Positions 37,101 through 47,788 of a DNA stretch of 64,000 nt are shown here, piece by piece. Position 1 is the stretch's first letter; each line of letters opens with the position of its first letter. Made by a program: the position numbers and the translations under genes. Origin of the DNA: Antedon mediterranea (taxonomy: Eukaryota; Animalia; Echinodermata). The notes under the pieces are model-generated. The model was given only the letters and a program-made list of their open reading frames with translations, was not told the origin of the DNA and made no database searches. Location of the stretch: positions 20,446,795-20,510,794 of the forward strand of contig NC_092670.1 of assembly GCF_964355755.1 (NCBI RefSeq). The letters run 5' to 3'.

Positions 37101-37407
37101 TGGCAGACCAATGCTGACCATTACAAGGGTAGCTAATGGAATTGTACTTTCTTGGACAATGACCATCTCTCCAGGATCTGCTGAGGTTGGGTTCTACCAT
37201 TTATTTGCTTATCAGGAAATGGACGGGCCACCGAGTACTAGCAATTGGAAAAAGATTGGAGAAGTCAAAGCTCTACCACTTCCGATGGCTTGTACTCTAA
37301 CTCAGTTCCAACATGGAAGCATATACCATTTTTCCGTGTGTGCTGTGGATGTCTATGGCAGAAGTGGAGACTTCAGTCAAGATTCTAGTATCAATTTAAT
37401 CAGTTGA
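20827..37407 (+). CDS. ATF7IP: Activating transcription factor 7-interacting protein (ATF7IP/MCAF1/Windei ortholog; SETDB1 cofactor), about 2227 aa as modelled
   Basis: Exons 20827-20846, 27002-27032, 27483-27537, 27877-28069, 29051-29112, 29530-33246, 33384-33448, 33538-33678, 34034-34375, 34581-34685, 34928-35740, 35850-36002, 36123-36194, 36312-36425 and 36607-37407 join in one open frame. The C-terminal FN3 domain GIVLSW...YHLFAYQE...WKKIGEVKALPLPMACTLTQF...YHFSVCAVDVYGRSGDFS is diagnostic. Also present: a coiled coil, the SIM VIDLTDEDD and an N-terminal ARKS motif. The true start may be the ATG at 29544. Confidence 0.9.
22316..22954. mobile_element. Kolobok-like non-autonomous DNA transposon (TTAA TSD)
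   Basis: ttaa|aaatgtattgtccct ... agggacaatacatct|ttaa. Internal cataatagttat...ccaaaaattag is shared with the copy at 59633. Confidence 0.75.
28165..28196. repeat. (TA)n microsatellite at the Penelope insertion site
   Basis: TA run at the left flank; a shorter TA run at 28733-28745 on the right flank. Confidence 0.9.
28195..28735 (+). mobile_element. 5'-truncated Penelope-like retroelement (GIY-YIG C-terminus plus pseudo-LTR with an inverted partial copy)
   Basis: 28254-28391 encodes DITISGVKVCNGSETSRRIIEERIIVTLGTLAPTGINVQFRSFKH* (PLE GIY-YIG tail R..E..I..LGTL.P.G.N). Inverted repeat of about 60 bp at 28195-28254 / 28635-28694. Hammerhead core in the 3' part. Confidence 0.85.
28611..28653 (+). 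ncRNA. Minimal type I hammerhead ribozyme (Penelope-associated)
   Basis: UUUUCAC-CUGAUGA-U-GGGC-UAU-GCCU-GAAA-CAUG-UC-GUUAAAA: conserved CUGAUGA and GAAA core, stem II GGGC/GCCU (the inverted copy retains CCGAAAC, implying GCCC), palindromic ACAUGU stem III, GUC cleavage triplet and stem I UUUUCAC/GUUAAAA. Confidence 0.7.
30070..30870 (+). repeat. Coding minisatellite: about 24 units of 33 bp (11-aa NS[AV]PSSDKA[KN][MI])
   Basis: Seen directly in the DNA (ccatcaagtgacaaagc) and the protein. Alternating KMN/NIS units form a 66-bp higher-order repeat. Confidence 0.95.
36776..37023 (+). repeat. Interrupted polyglutamine (CAG/CAA) tract in the last ATF7IP exon
   Basis: QQQIHHHQQQQLQQQQLQQQQ... 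immediately before the FN3 domain. Confidence 0.95.
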
Positions 37408-40111
37408 TAAGTATAGGTATGAAATATACAAGTCTTATTCCACTTCTGTTTTTCCAACAGTTAAAAGAAGTCAAGTCTCAATTCTTACACTGACAAATTT
37501 CAACAGCGATGTCCCTATTATATTATGACATCACAATTGTGCAGTCTATACTGTATTTACATTTATTTGTCTATGCCTAGAATTCCTTTTTTTAAGTCAT
37601 TTAGGTGTTTCCATTAAGTCCACTTCACTACAAAAATTGTGATGTAATGTCATCCACATCATTTTTGGATTCTAATGTATTCACATCACTTAGCTGAAGT
37701 ATAATCGGTATTGTTGTTCGGACAATATTTTATGCAGTAATACAGTTTAAAAACATTTCCTTCAAGACGAGATATTTGGTTTTATTCTCTGGTATCAGAG
37801 ATGTTAAAATATTTATTTTCTGTGCCTCTTATGTTACCATGCTTGACACTAGTGCCATGTCAAGTTCATTTTTTCAACATATATTTTGTCGCAGACTTTG
37901 TATGTTATGTAAAACATAATTGCTTACCAGTCGCAGGCTCTCAACAACAGTACCAGGAGTTCCTTTTCTTATCGCCAAAAACCAATGCCAAAATTTACCT
38001 CATACTTAGTCTGCCAAGCATGAGTTTAAGTTGGCCTAAGAAGTGATTTAAGTTGGAAGTGGTTTAAACAAAGACATATGAAGTTGTGTATTGGACAAGT
38101 ATTTGCAAATATTTTACAATACTTACTGCCACAGTACAGTACTTTGTTTGAGATGTTTTAATTTTCCTAATCTGTAGGAGCAGGTTTTACTGTTCATTTG
38201 TGTTCAAGGAGTATGTCTAGTCGGTGATCATTATATTTTATATGCATAGATCTGCATGCTACCAAGAGAACCCCAATAAAAACTATAACAAGTAAATACA
38301 GTATATATGTTGTAAATACAAGTAGCTATAGTAGAATACATTATTTGTAATATGCGATAATGTTAGAAAAAATGTTAGAAAAAATAATTAGATTCTATAG
38401 TAATGCAGTAGTGTAAGGTACTTTATGATGCATGTTATTTTTTGTTGCGGAATACTATTTTGTGTACATTCTAGTGTTTATTCTAGTAATTGTCTTTGAG
38501 AGAGGATGTACTAGACATATTTTAGGACCAGGCAATTACAATGACGTTGAGTCATTTACTGGCAGGCTAGGTTGTAATAGATTAAACTGATTAGATTGAG
38601 AGATTGAATGTTTCAAAGGAGTATAAGGCAAGCTGCTCTAACTAAAAGGCATCTTCAACTTAGAACTTTTATAAGAAACTTATGTCATCTAAAGCCACTC
38701 TATCAAACATTTCTACAGAACTTAGTAGCATCTTCGCAATTTTAAGACATCTAGGCATAATCACCTTGACTTGTTTCTTTCCAATCGAAACTCTGCCATT
38801 AGAATTCACACATCTTATATTACCACTTCTTCTTTCAGCTGGTCTGATAATAATCTGCATGATTGTATGAAGTATGTTCTCTTCTGATTTGACTGTATTT
38901 ATGCTTGAAGTATGTTATGTATTTATGTCTCCTTCCATGAGTATATGTGTAGCAAGCTTTGACATGAATAACTAAACCATTGCATCATAAATGATTTGAG
39001 TAACGAATGATTTTAAAATGTTCTCTCAGGGCAATGTACTGCAGCAGCTAATTATCAATGTACAGCTACCACACACTTGAAGATATCAATCATATTCTTG
39101 AAACAATGTGTTGTTTAATGAATATATTCATACAATTTGTATTACTAAGCATAATGAAAACGTAGTATATACTGTATAGTTTATTTTTGTAGTGTGTAAG
39201 TTTATTTAAAATTACTGTATCTATTTTAAGTTTATTACTGACATTGGGACCAACTAAAATGCAGTGCTTGTTTTTCATAAATGGTACAGGGTTACTTAGT
39301 ATTAGTTGACACAGGTGTCTACTATAACAGATTGTGCATACACATGTGATACAAATATTGAATCCAATTCTTTGTATTGTACAGTATTTATAATTCATCT
39401 AGTATCATAGGCATGTTCTGTAATACAGTGCAACATATGTATCACGTGTGATACCTGTATCATAAAAAGGCACCTCATTATACATGTGTGACAATGGATG
39501 GATGTAATACTGGATAGATAACGGCATGTGGAGATACAGTACATGGTGAATATGTATAGATTGGGAAAGTTTAACAAACCTGAGCTTCTTAGATCCAAAA
39601 TGTCCAGATTTCAGAAAAGTTATAATTTTCATACCATTTATGTTGTTTTATGTAAACCCAACTCATCACTAGTAATAGTGTATATACTGATTAACCAGAA
39701 TAGTTCTGGTGCAGATTTGATCAAATAAATAATTGAATTATGATTCTACTGCAGTAATATATCCTACTGTTGTTGGAAAAGTTGTTTTCATGATATAGTG
39801 TAATCTGTAATATTTTAGGATTTGTTGCATTTTTTTAACATATGAAGACATCACAAAAATTCTTGACTTGGATCTGGCTGACTGTATGTTTGTTTATTGT
39901 TGATCGTTATCATTGTAGTGTGAAACAGCCTTTACTGATAGTAATATTAATGTCGTATTGCAGGTCACTATGTATTCTATGATTCTAGAAAAATTTCTTG
40001 TTTTAGTACACATGCATTTTCACAAAATCTGTTGTTTGTTGATACTTGTTAAACCCACTTGTAAAATTAATTTATAATCAATGTTTATACTGTATTAGTT
40101 TTCTATAATAT

Positions 40112-40380
40112 AATAAAGAAACAATGAATTTTGACTGGTTTTGTTCCTTGTACTGATCTTTAATATGAAACAAGAAAATACATTTGTTTTTGTCATACAC
40201 TACCAATAAGTACAAAGTACAGTATATTGAACTGGTTTACTACAGTACTGTACAGTACGAATAATATACTGTACTGGATAACTAAACATTATCCATTCAC
40301 AATACACTTGGAAATATTAGCGAAAAGAAAAGTCAAACCAAGCTTTTTAGACAATGAAATGTACAGTATTCACTTTTATT
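40112..40380. terminator. Convergent polyadenylation signals of ATF7IP (+) and TTC26 (-)
   Basis: AATAAA at 40112-40117 (+) followed by a GT/T-rich tract, and TTTATT at 40375-40380 (AATAAA on the minus strand). An alternative ATF7IP signal lies at 38275. Confidence 0.45.
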
Positions 40381-40725
40381 TACAATACTTTTTATCAAGG
40401 TGATGGTATTTCAGTAACTTTTTAAAGTTGGCCATTTTACTGGTACTGTACTGTAAAAAGTACAATAGTAAAACTGTTTAGTTTATCCACCATGTAGGTA
40501 TACCTCCATGGTTTATCAGAGCTAGAAGCAACAGGCAAACGCATATGTACAGGTAGCCTTCCCACAATTTATATAAGCAGAGAGATATATCTATGATGAC
40601 ATAAGTAATATTTACACATGTTCAGGATTGGTGATAATATACAGGTAATTAACTTTAGTTAAATGTGATGCAAAAAAACATGGGTTTATAATACAATAGT
40701 AAAACAAGTAGGCTTCAATGTTTCC

Positions 40726-43700
40726 CTAGCTAATTGGTACTCTGTTATCCTTCGCCCACTTCTTCATTGCTCTGATGATGTACTCGACCTGTGGGTTTCC
40801 TGTGTTCCTTAGAATTTGGAGGATATCTCTGAGCGTTTCTCTGAAAATAAAGAAGAAATGCTTAATTCTGTTTCTCTGATAATATATTTCTTGATGTGAC
40901 CTCTCAGACTATGGTATGTTTTCAAGGATCTTCCTAAAAATTCTTGTCATAAAATCTTCACGAGAATTATTCAAGTACTAGCGAGTGATCATGTGGTCTT
41001 ACCTAGGTTCATGTCCTGCAATGATCTGTTGAAACACTCCAACGCAAGCTCCACGTTTGCCTTCCCAATATTCAGGGTTAGGATCAAGTCGCTCAAGTGT
41101 ATCAAAAGCTTTTGCTGCATAATAAAACTGACCCATCTAAAAAGAGAAAACAATGGTACAGTACTGTATATTGATGACAACAGTTACTTGAGATTTGTCA
41201 AAATCATCAGAACAGCTTTAGTTCAAGATCAAGTGCCTTGAGCACTTTGTGGATATGTGCGATTTATAAATCTTATTATCTTATCTTCAAGTAAAAGCTA
41301 TCCTACAACAAAGACGATTCCAATGCCTTACTTTGTAGCAATCATTGCCAATCAGCTGCAGTAAACTGAAAGATTCTCCTGATGTCTCCATCTTCAGGTA
41401 CAACTCCCAGGCCAGACGAGCCTTGCGGTTCATTATATCTGTAAAACACCACCATAATGTGTGATTGTGACAGGCATAGTACTGTACTGTACATATACAC
41501 AAGACCAATTTGAGGATTTACTTACAGCATCTTGCAAGCCAGCTTAGATAGATGTAGTCTTTTTTGATCTTCTCACTCTGAATTAGAAGAAAAATCTGAA
41601 AGAAAACATTATACAATGATTAGAAAAGAAATGGAGCTAGGATTAAATCCTGCAGGCTGTATAAGACTACAGTAGGACAACAATTTCTTCAGACCAACTT
41701 GTCTTGTCTGGGTGTTCTGTCAATAAGTATCTGGTTAAATTGTGTCTCCCAGAAGTAGTTGCATGATGTCAGTGAATGGAGGTGTACTATAACTTTAGTC
41801 CAGTAATACTGTATAAGGTTTGACATCAAATAAATTGCAACAAAATATTTTATTGTTTTATCTAGTTTTTCAAAAATAGGACAAACTCGGAGCACAGGAA
41901 GGGTCTAATTTGCAAACTTACCTCTTCAGCTTCTTTGAAGTTTCCAGCCGTAGCCTTTGCTTGGGCGTAGTTGAAGTTGAAAGAGTCATCATTATAGAAA
42001 TAACTCTACAAGAGCAAATATAAATCGCATAGATGAGGTTATAGTTAAACACCTTCTGTGATTTCAAAGTCATTTCATAAATGATATTTGATAAAGTTTT
42101 TAATTGATATAAAAATATTTGCTTACTTTGACAGAGTTCAGATAGATCAAAACATCTTCAAATTGCTTTAAGAGAAAGAAGCACGACGCCATGCACTGTC
42201 TACCTGGTATTGTATCTAAATAAAGGAAGAAATACAACATTTATGATATTTTGCATCTTGTCTGATGTTCAGTATTCATTGATTTGATTGAAAGACAGTC
42301 TTACCACATTCACTTGCAGAGCCTCCAACTAGTTGAAAGTACTGTTGAGCAATCTTTAAATGTTCTCTCTGAAAATATATGAAAGTCATTAGTCAACAAA
42401 ACACAATGCTTGCCATACAATCTTGATGGCAGTCCTTTACACGCAAACAAAAATACCAAACATTATACTAACAGATTGTGTGTCTTGTCCCAGAGTGGCA
42501 TTTACAACCCCTTTTAATATGTACTCCTGAGGGGTGGTTGGCTCGACATCTTTCACTAGTGCATAGGCTTCATTCACATCATCTGTTAAAAGAAAATAAT
42601 ATTATTCTAACAAACGTTGTGGAAAATGTATAGACAAAATTACTGAGGTGTGCCCATATATGGACATGATGTTGTCATATCACTACCATATTTTGGCATG
42701 TCACCACAGTATTTTTTTTGTAAAACTAGTTTGATAGTGTAGACAGAGCTTTAAATTTAGTTTTGATATAAAATTGATTCTAACCTTGTCGGAGGTGATA
42801 GATTACAAGATTTAACCTAGCTTCTGGAATCACATCTATCAGTGGAGGTAGTATTTGAAGTGCACCTTCGCCACTACGAAATACAACCTGAAAAAAGGAT
42901 AACAAATAGTACTGTAAATCAGGTTGTTCTTTTGGTTTCTTTGAATAAAATCAAAGCACCTATCATAGCATGATATCAACCTGTAAGCATGGACCTCCAT
43001 GCTGTAAAATTTTCAACGGGGTATGTCAATAAAATTTGACTACATAACAAAATTCCTTAAGATTTCAAATGATAGTTTATTAAAAAACACACCAAGTTAT
43101 GTTTGATTAGATCTTGAGCATACGTAAATGATGGTGAAGCTAGGTCTTGTAAGTTTTTCAGCTCAGCCTGAAAGAAAAGGTGTTTTTTTTTATTAATTAA
43201 ATGAACAATAGCTGTTGTAGTTGATTGATAGAAGAAATGTGTCAAGGTGATTACACACCTCAGCAGCCTTTCCATTGTACAGTCTGAAGTGGTTACAAGC
43301 CTTGAGGTTGAGTGCCACAGCACTATCTGAAAAGTTCTGCAGGTATACCGCAAGTACCTCTTGTGACACATCGTAGTAATCTAACTTGTAATAACACAGC
43401 GCTACATAGACGTTAAGAGCAAGCGAGTCTCTGAAAAACAAATTAAAATAGTTACTAATAGAGAGAGATTTGTGATGATATGCACCTTGGTTATATGCAA
43501 ATGAATCATTTAAATATGGATCTATATACAGGTATAGTGTGTCAAAACAAACCCATAAGTGTTCAAAGATTGGTGACATAATTAATTACTGCATCAACGG
43601 CATTGGCTGTAAAAGGCCTTTTACTGTACCTGTTGTCTAGTAATATTCTTTTGTATATATCTATAGCTTCTTGGTAGTGGCTTCGGAGATAGTGAATTGA

Positions 43701-45494
43701 TGCCAAACTTAGCTGATCTTCTATCTTATCTTGCAACTCTTGGTGGTATTGCATCAAACGCTTCTCATCATTAAACTAAAGACAAAAAAATGATTGTTGC
43801 ATATTAGAAGAAATAAGAAATTGTAAATCTGAAAACAAAAACAGAGGAACTTTAAATATATTTTTTACAGCTTTAATTTGTATTGATGCTTTTTATACCT
43901 TTTGTGATAAGTGAAACTGCAATCTGTTTTGTAAACTGTTCTGTGGAGCTAAAAATAAAAACAAATATTTTAAAAAAAAATAGCATGAAACACTTAAATG
44001 TATATTTACAATAAAAATGAATATGCACCTATTATCAGAGGGAATCACAGATAAAGGTTTGGGTTAAGAAGGACAAAAGGAAAGTGTTTGCATAGGGGAA
44101 AGAAAGAAAGAAATTGTCCCTATGGTTAGAAAAGGCAGTACCGTATTATACAACTAGGAAAAGGGGTGTATGAACCTTTAGATACGGCTGTGTCAGCCTC
44201 CCTGTACATTCCTAGGAAGAAGTAACAGCAACCAAGATTGCACCAAAGGTCAGGATTACAAGCCTCCTTCCGCGTCAAGCGTTCATACTCCTCCATTGCT
44301 CTCTTGTAATCACCCAGATGAAATGCACAGTATGCAATCCAACTGTCTTGCTCATCACTACCTTTGCCATTATTTCTGGTAAACTGGAGAAAATAAAATT
44401 ATAAAATCATTAAATGAAAATAACGGAGCCTATACCTTTTCAATTACTATATATATCAAAGATAAAAGATTTATCTGGTGATATTTTCATTCTCTTCTGT
44501 TAATACATTTTACAAAACATAAAAGTTTGATTCAAATTTTGTACCAACATAAATGAATATATTATTAGGAAGTGTAAGGATTTTATATTTAATTAATATT
44601 TGTATTGTCTATTACTTCTAAAAGGGTAATAGCGCCAGTATAGTCTCTCAGCTGCAAGAACTCATCAAGTGTTGGCATCTGTTTCTTTTTTTTATTTTCT
44701 TGTGAAGCTGGTGTTGTACTGCCAGGCCCTGTGGCCGGCTTTTGCCTTGAGAGCATCTGAAATTATACAAAATCAAGTAATACTATTAATTTTAGTTACA
44801 TGTTGTTGTTAGTTATTGTTAGTTACTTTGAAAGAGTTATGAGTATATGCTAGGCTAGGCCTAGTCCTACCCAGTCTCACTCTCTTCATGGTTCTGGTGG
44901 TAGAACAAGTCATCTCAGATAAGGACTATAAACCGTAGGTCCAGTGTACACATAGCTCATGTGCACTTAGTACACCTAGTACATCTTTCGAGATGAGCAG
45001 AGGGTTACCCCGGTGTACTACTCCACACAAACACAGCCACTGTGCAATTGGGACTGGACCGTTTTAGTGTGTTTACCACCTGTTGGTTCAAATCTTTCAC
45101 TAAGAGAGCTAGTGAGAAGTTGAATAAATAAAAATAAATAAAATAAAGTGCAAGTATTATTTTATTTATTAATATTAGAGAGTATAGGCCTAGGCCCTAG
45201 GCCCTAGTCTAGCCTACTGAGTATTAAGATGTCAAAAAGTGTTTTGATATTTATATCTTACAATCATATTGCAAACATATTTCTAAACAATAAGGGTTAT
45301 AAGTCATTATAGAAAACGTCATGGTTTGTGTACTTTAGTGGGCTTAGTTCGCCGTTGCTATGGACGCTACAGCTAGGCCTGTCAGTAACATCCGCCTACA
45401 TTTTCCACACACCACGTCTCACGACAAAACGGCATTAGACCGGCTACACATAACATTATCTAACTATTTACTAAGGCTAGCTTAAACTTACCAT
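40726..45494 (-). CDS. TTC26: Intraflagellar transport protein 56 (tetratricopeptide repeat protein 26), about 556 aa
   Basis: Exons (minus strand): 45492-45494 (ATG only), 44616-44756, 44176-44383, 43899-43948, 43630-43775, 43259-43430, 43093-43167, 42785-42887, 42473-42582, 42305-42368, 42127-42215, 41922-42005, 41526-41595, 41332-41438, 41003-41136, 40726-40840. Conserved motifs [93 protein letters not shown]. Confidence 0.96.
42648..42751 (-). mobile_element. PIF/Harbinger-like MITE copy (partial)
   Basis: gtgcccatatatggacatgatg...atatcactaccatatt...agtttgatagtgtagacagagcttta. Confidence 0.75.
44885..45147 (+). mobile_element. 5'-truncated Deu/Nin-domain SINE in TTC26 intron 1
   Basis: gataaggactataaaccgtaggtcc...tttcgagatgagcagagggttaccccggtgt resembles the conserved Deu-domain of AmnSINE1/DeuSINEs as I recall it. 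Ends in an (aata)n tail. Confidence 0.65.
45354..45367. promoter_or_regulatory. X-box (RFX) motif at the TTC26 5' end
   Basis: GTTGCTATGGACGC resembles the X-box GTTRCYATGGNRAC of ciliary genes. It lies just upstream of a possible alternative first exon (ATG ATT|gtaag at 45267-45262, minus strand). Confidence 0.55.
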
Positions 45495-45853
45495 TGTGAA
45501 AAAATTATTTTCTTACAAATGATACACACATAAATTTAAAGAGGGAGCCCCGTTCTGCGATTTATAGTTTTCAAAATTATAAACAGTCAAAAATCAACAT
45601 TTATATGATATTTTTCTACCACACAGCAACAAACTTATCATCAAAATAAATAAAATGGAATGTTCTACTTATGACCGTTGAGGGGGCTAAACCAAAAATT
45701 TGAATAATGTATATCGCGCCCTCTATAATTTTACGACGGTCACGGTTTAGTGAATTTCAGGATTAGGGTTGTAAACAAACGATAAACAGAAACAGAAAGT
45801 ATTTGTCTGGTTTTTGTTTGGTTGAAAGGGAGCTTTTCATCACTTGCATTAAG
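45495..45853. promoter_or_regulatory. Putative bidirectional promoter TTC26/GNAV and non-coding first exon of GNAV
   Basis: CpG-retaining interval between the TTC26 ATG (45494, minus) and a plus-strand donor AAG|gtatat at 45853. The next acceptor at 47538 precedes the GNAV ATG. Confidence 0.5.
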
Positions 45854-46208
45854 GTATATTTTCTATAATTGTTAGTTATGTAATTATAAGTTAACTATCT
45901 ACAACTATAATATTTATTTTATATTTTTACAATTATATTTCGAACAATGCCAGGCAGATTGAAAACCAGCATGTGGTAGTGCGTGTGTCAGTGTGATGGA
46001 TGATTTATCACTGATTTGCTGGTACTACAAACGATACTGATTTTAGCTTGCTGGGACACAGAATATTGATTTTAAGGAATCATAAGCTACTATAGTATTA
46101 TTAGTTATTTTATAATTAATTAATTTTGAATTGTATTTGTTAATGACAATGCAACATTTGTTTAAAATTTATTTAAATTACATTTATTATTAATATTTAT
46201 ATTATTGA

Positions 46209-47030
46209 TGTTATGCGCGATTTGAACGATTTGCGCAATTTAAAATTGCGCAAAGAATTCTTGCGCAATTTGAAATTGCGCAAGGATTTTCTTGCGCAAT
46301 ATTAAATTGCGCAATTAACTTGCGTAATTTCAAATTGCGCAAGAAAATCCTTGCGCAATTTCAAATTGCGCTGCACAATTTGTAAATTGCGCAAGATAGT
46401 TCTTGCGCAATATGACACCTTTGCGCAATTTGAAAACAAACTGTTTGTTATTTTTATTATTGTACTCATTTGTTGTTGAGAATGGTACCGAAAGGTCGAT
46501 CTTTTTTGTCATTAAATTTAATTTTTAAGTTAAATAGTAAACGTCTAATAATTCGTAATAATTATTGTTTCTAAAAAAAATCCAATCGTTATTAGTCTTA
46601 TTAATCGTCATTAGTACTGATATTTGAATTGAAATTATTATATTACTATTGGTATTTATTTATGCCTTCTCCTCATATTATGTGTGAATATGGTATTTTA
46701 TAGAACCATTGGGAATTCGAGATTTTTTTTATTCGGAAAGAAAAATTCGGGAGGGAGGCTCCCGGGAGGGTAAGGAAAAGCGATATTATCTTCAATTTTG
46801 AATCATTCTTAGAAATTACTAAAAAAATATGGGTGTGCATGATTTCACAATCTGTCAAAAAACCTTGCGCAATTTGCAGATTACTTGCGCAATTTAATAC
46901 GTTGCTTGCGCAATTTGAAACACATGTTTCAATTCAAATTGCGCAAGGAATTTTTTGCGCAATTTTAAATTGCGCAAGAAAATCCTTGCGCAATTTCAAA
47001 TTGCGCAAATCGTTCAAATCGCGCATAACA
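46209..47030. mobile_element. Ginger-type MITE (TGT...ACA) with long TIRs built from TTGCGCAA repeats
   Basis: Perfect terminal inverted repeat TGTTATGCGCGATTTGAACGATTTGCGCAATTT. Flanks TTGA / TCGA fit a 4-bp TSD with one CpG-type change. Confidence 0.85.
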
Positions 47031-47788
47031 TCGATATTATTTTATTAAAATATTTTGTAACAAAATTTATATTTTTTGACAGTGACTCCATACTTAACAT
47101 AGAGTTCTTACAAAGATTGAACTTTTCAACACTTTTGCATAAGCTAAATCTAATATAACAGTAGACAAATTTACCATATCTGGAAAACTGGTTTTGAAAA
47201 ATTAAATGTCATCATCACCAATAGATCAATAAAATCGTTACGATAAAACGTCATTTGGTCAGATTTGTGAGATAGTTATCACATAAAAAGATGAAAACTT
47301 TTATAATTTTGTTTTTGCAGAAAAAAGTGAATTTATCGTCATAGTTTATCGTGTGTAGTATAAATGGGTCTCTTCTGCTGAATTCTAGCAGATAAAATGT
47401 TAACTGTACCTTCCATCATACTTGGGAGGTCTCCCCTCATTAAAATTAAAATTACATTTGATCACTTTTCCAGCAAAAAGTGTTTAATTTTGATTGAATG
47501 CCCAGATTAACATGCAATTTATTTCTCTTCATTTGTAGGTCATTGCTCTTATAAATTTTCACCCAGCAAGCATCCAACTACAGTTGATTATTCAAACTGG
47601 GTTCCTACTCACTGAACGATGGAGTATATACTTAAAATGGCCGAGAATGGTTAACTCTGACTATTAAATGGACATTATAAAATATATGCAAAAAGAAACG
47701 ATTGTTTTAACACAAATATATTACCGATTCAATGATTTGGGAGTGCTCATTTTAATTTGACCATTTGTTTTGACTAAACTTTTTTAAC

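Noticed and set aside
46209-47030. CRISPR-like appearance of regularly spaced TTGCGCAA units
   Set aside because: The units are 8-bp palindromes with about 7-bp spacers inside TIRs of a eukaryotic MITE. There are no unique 30-40 bp spacers and no cas genes.
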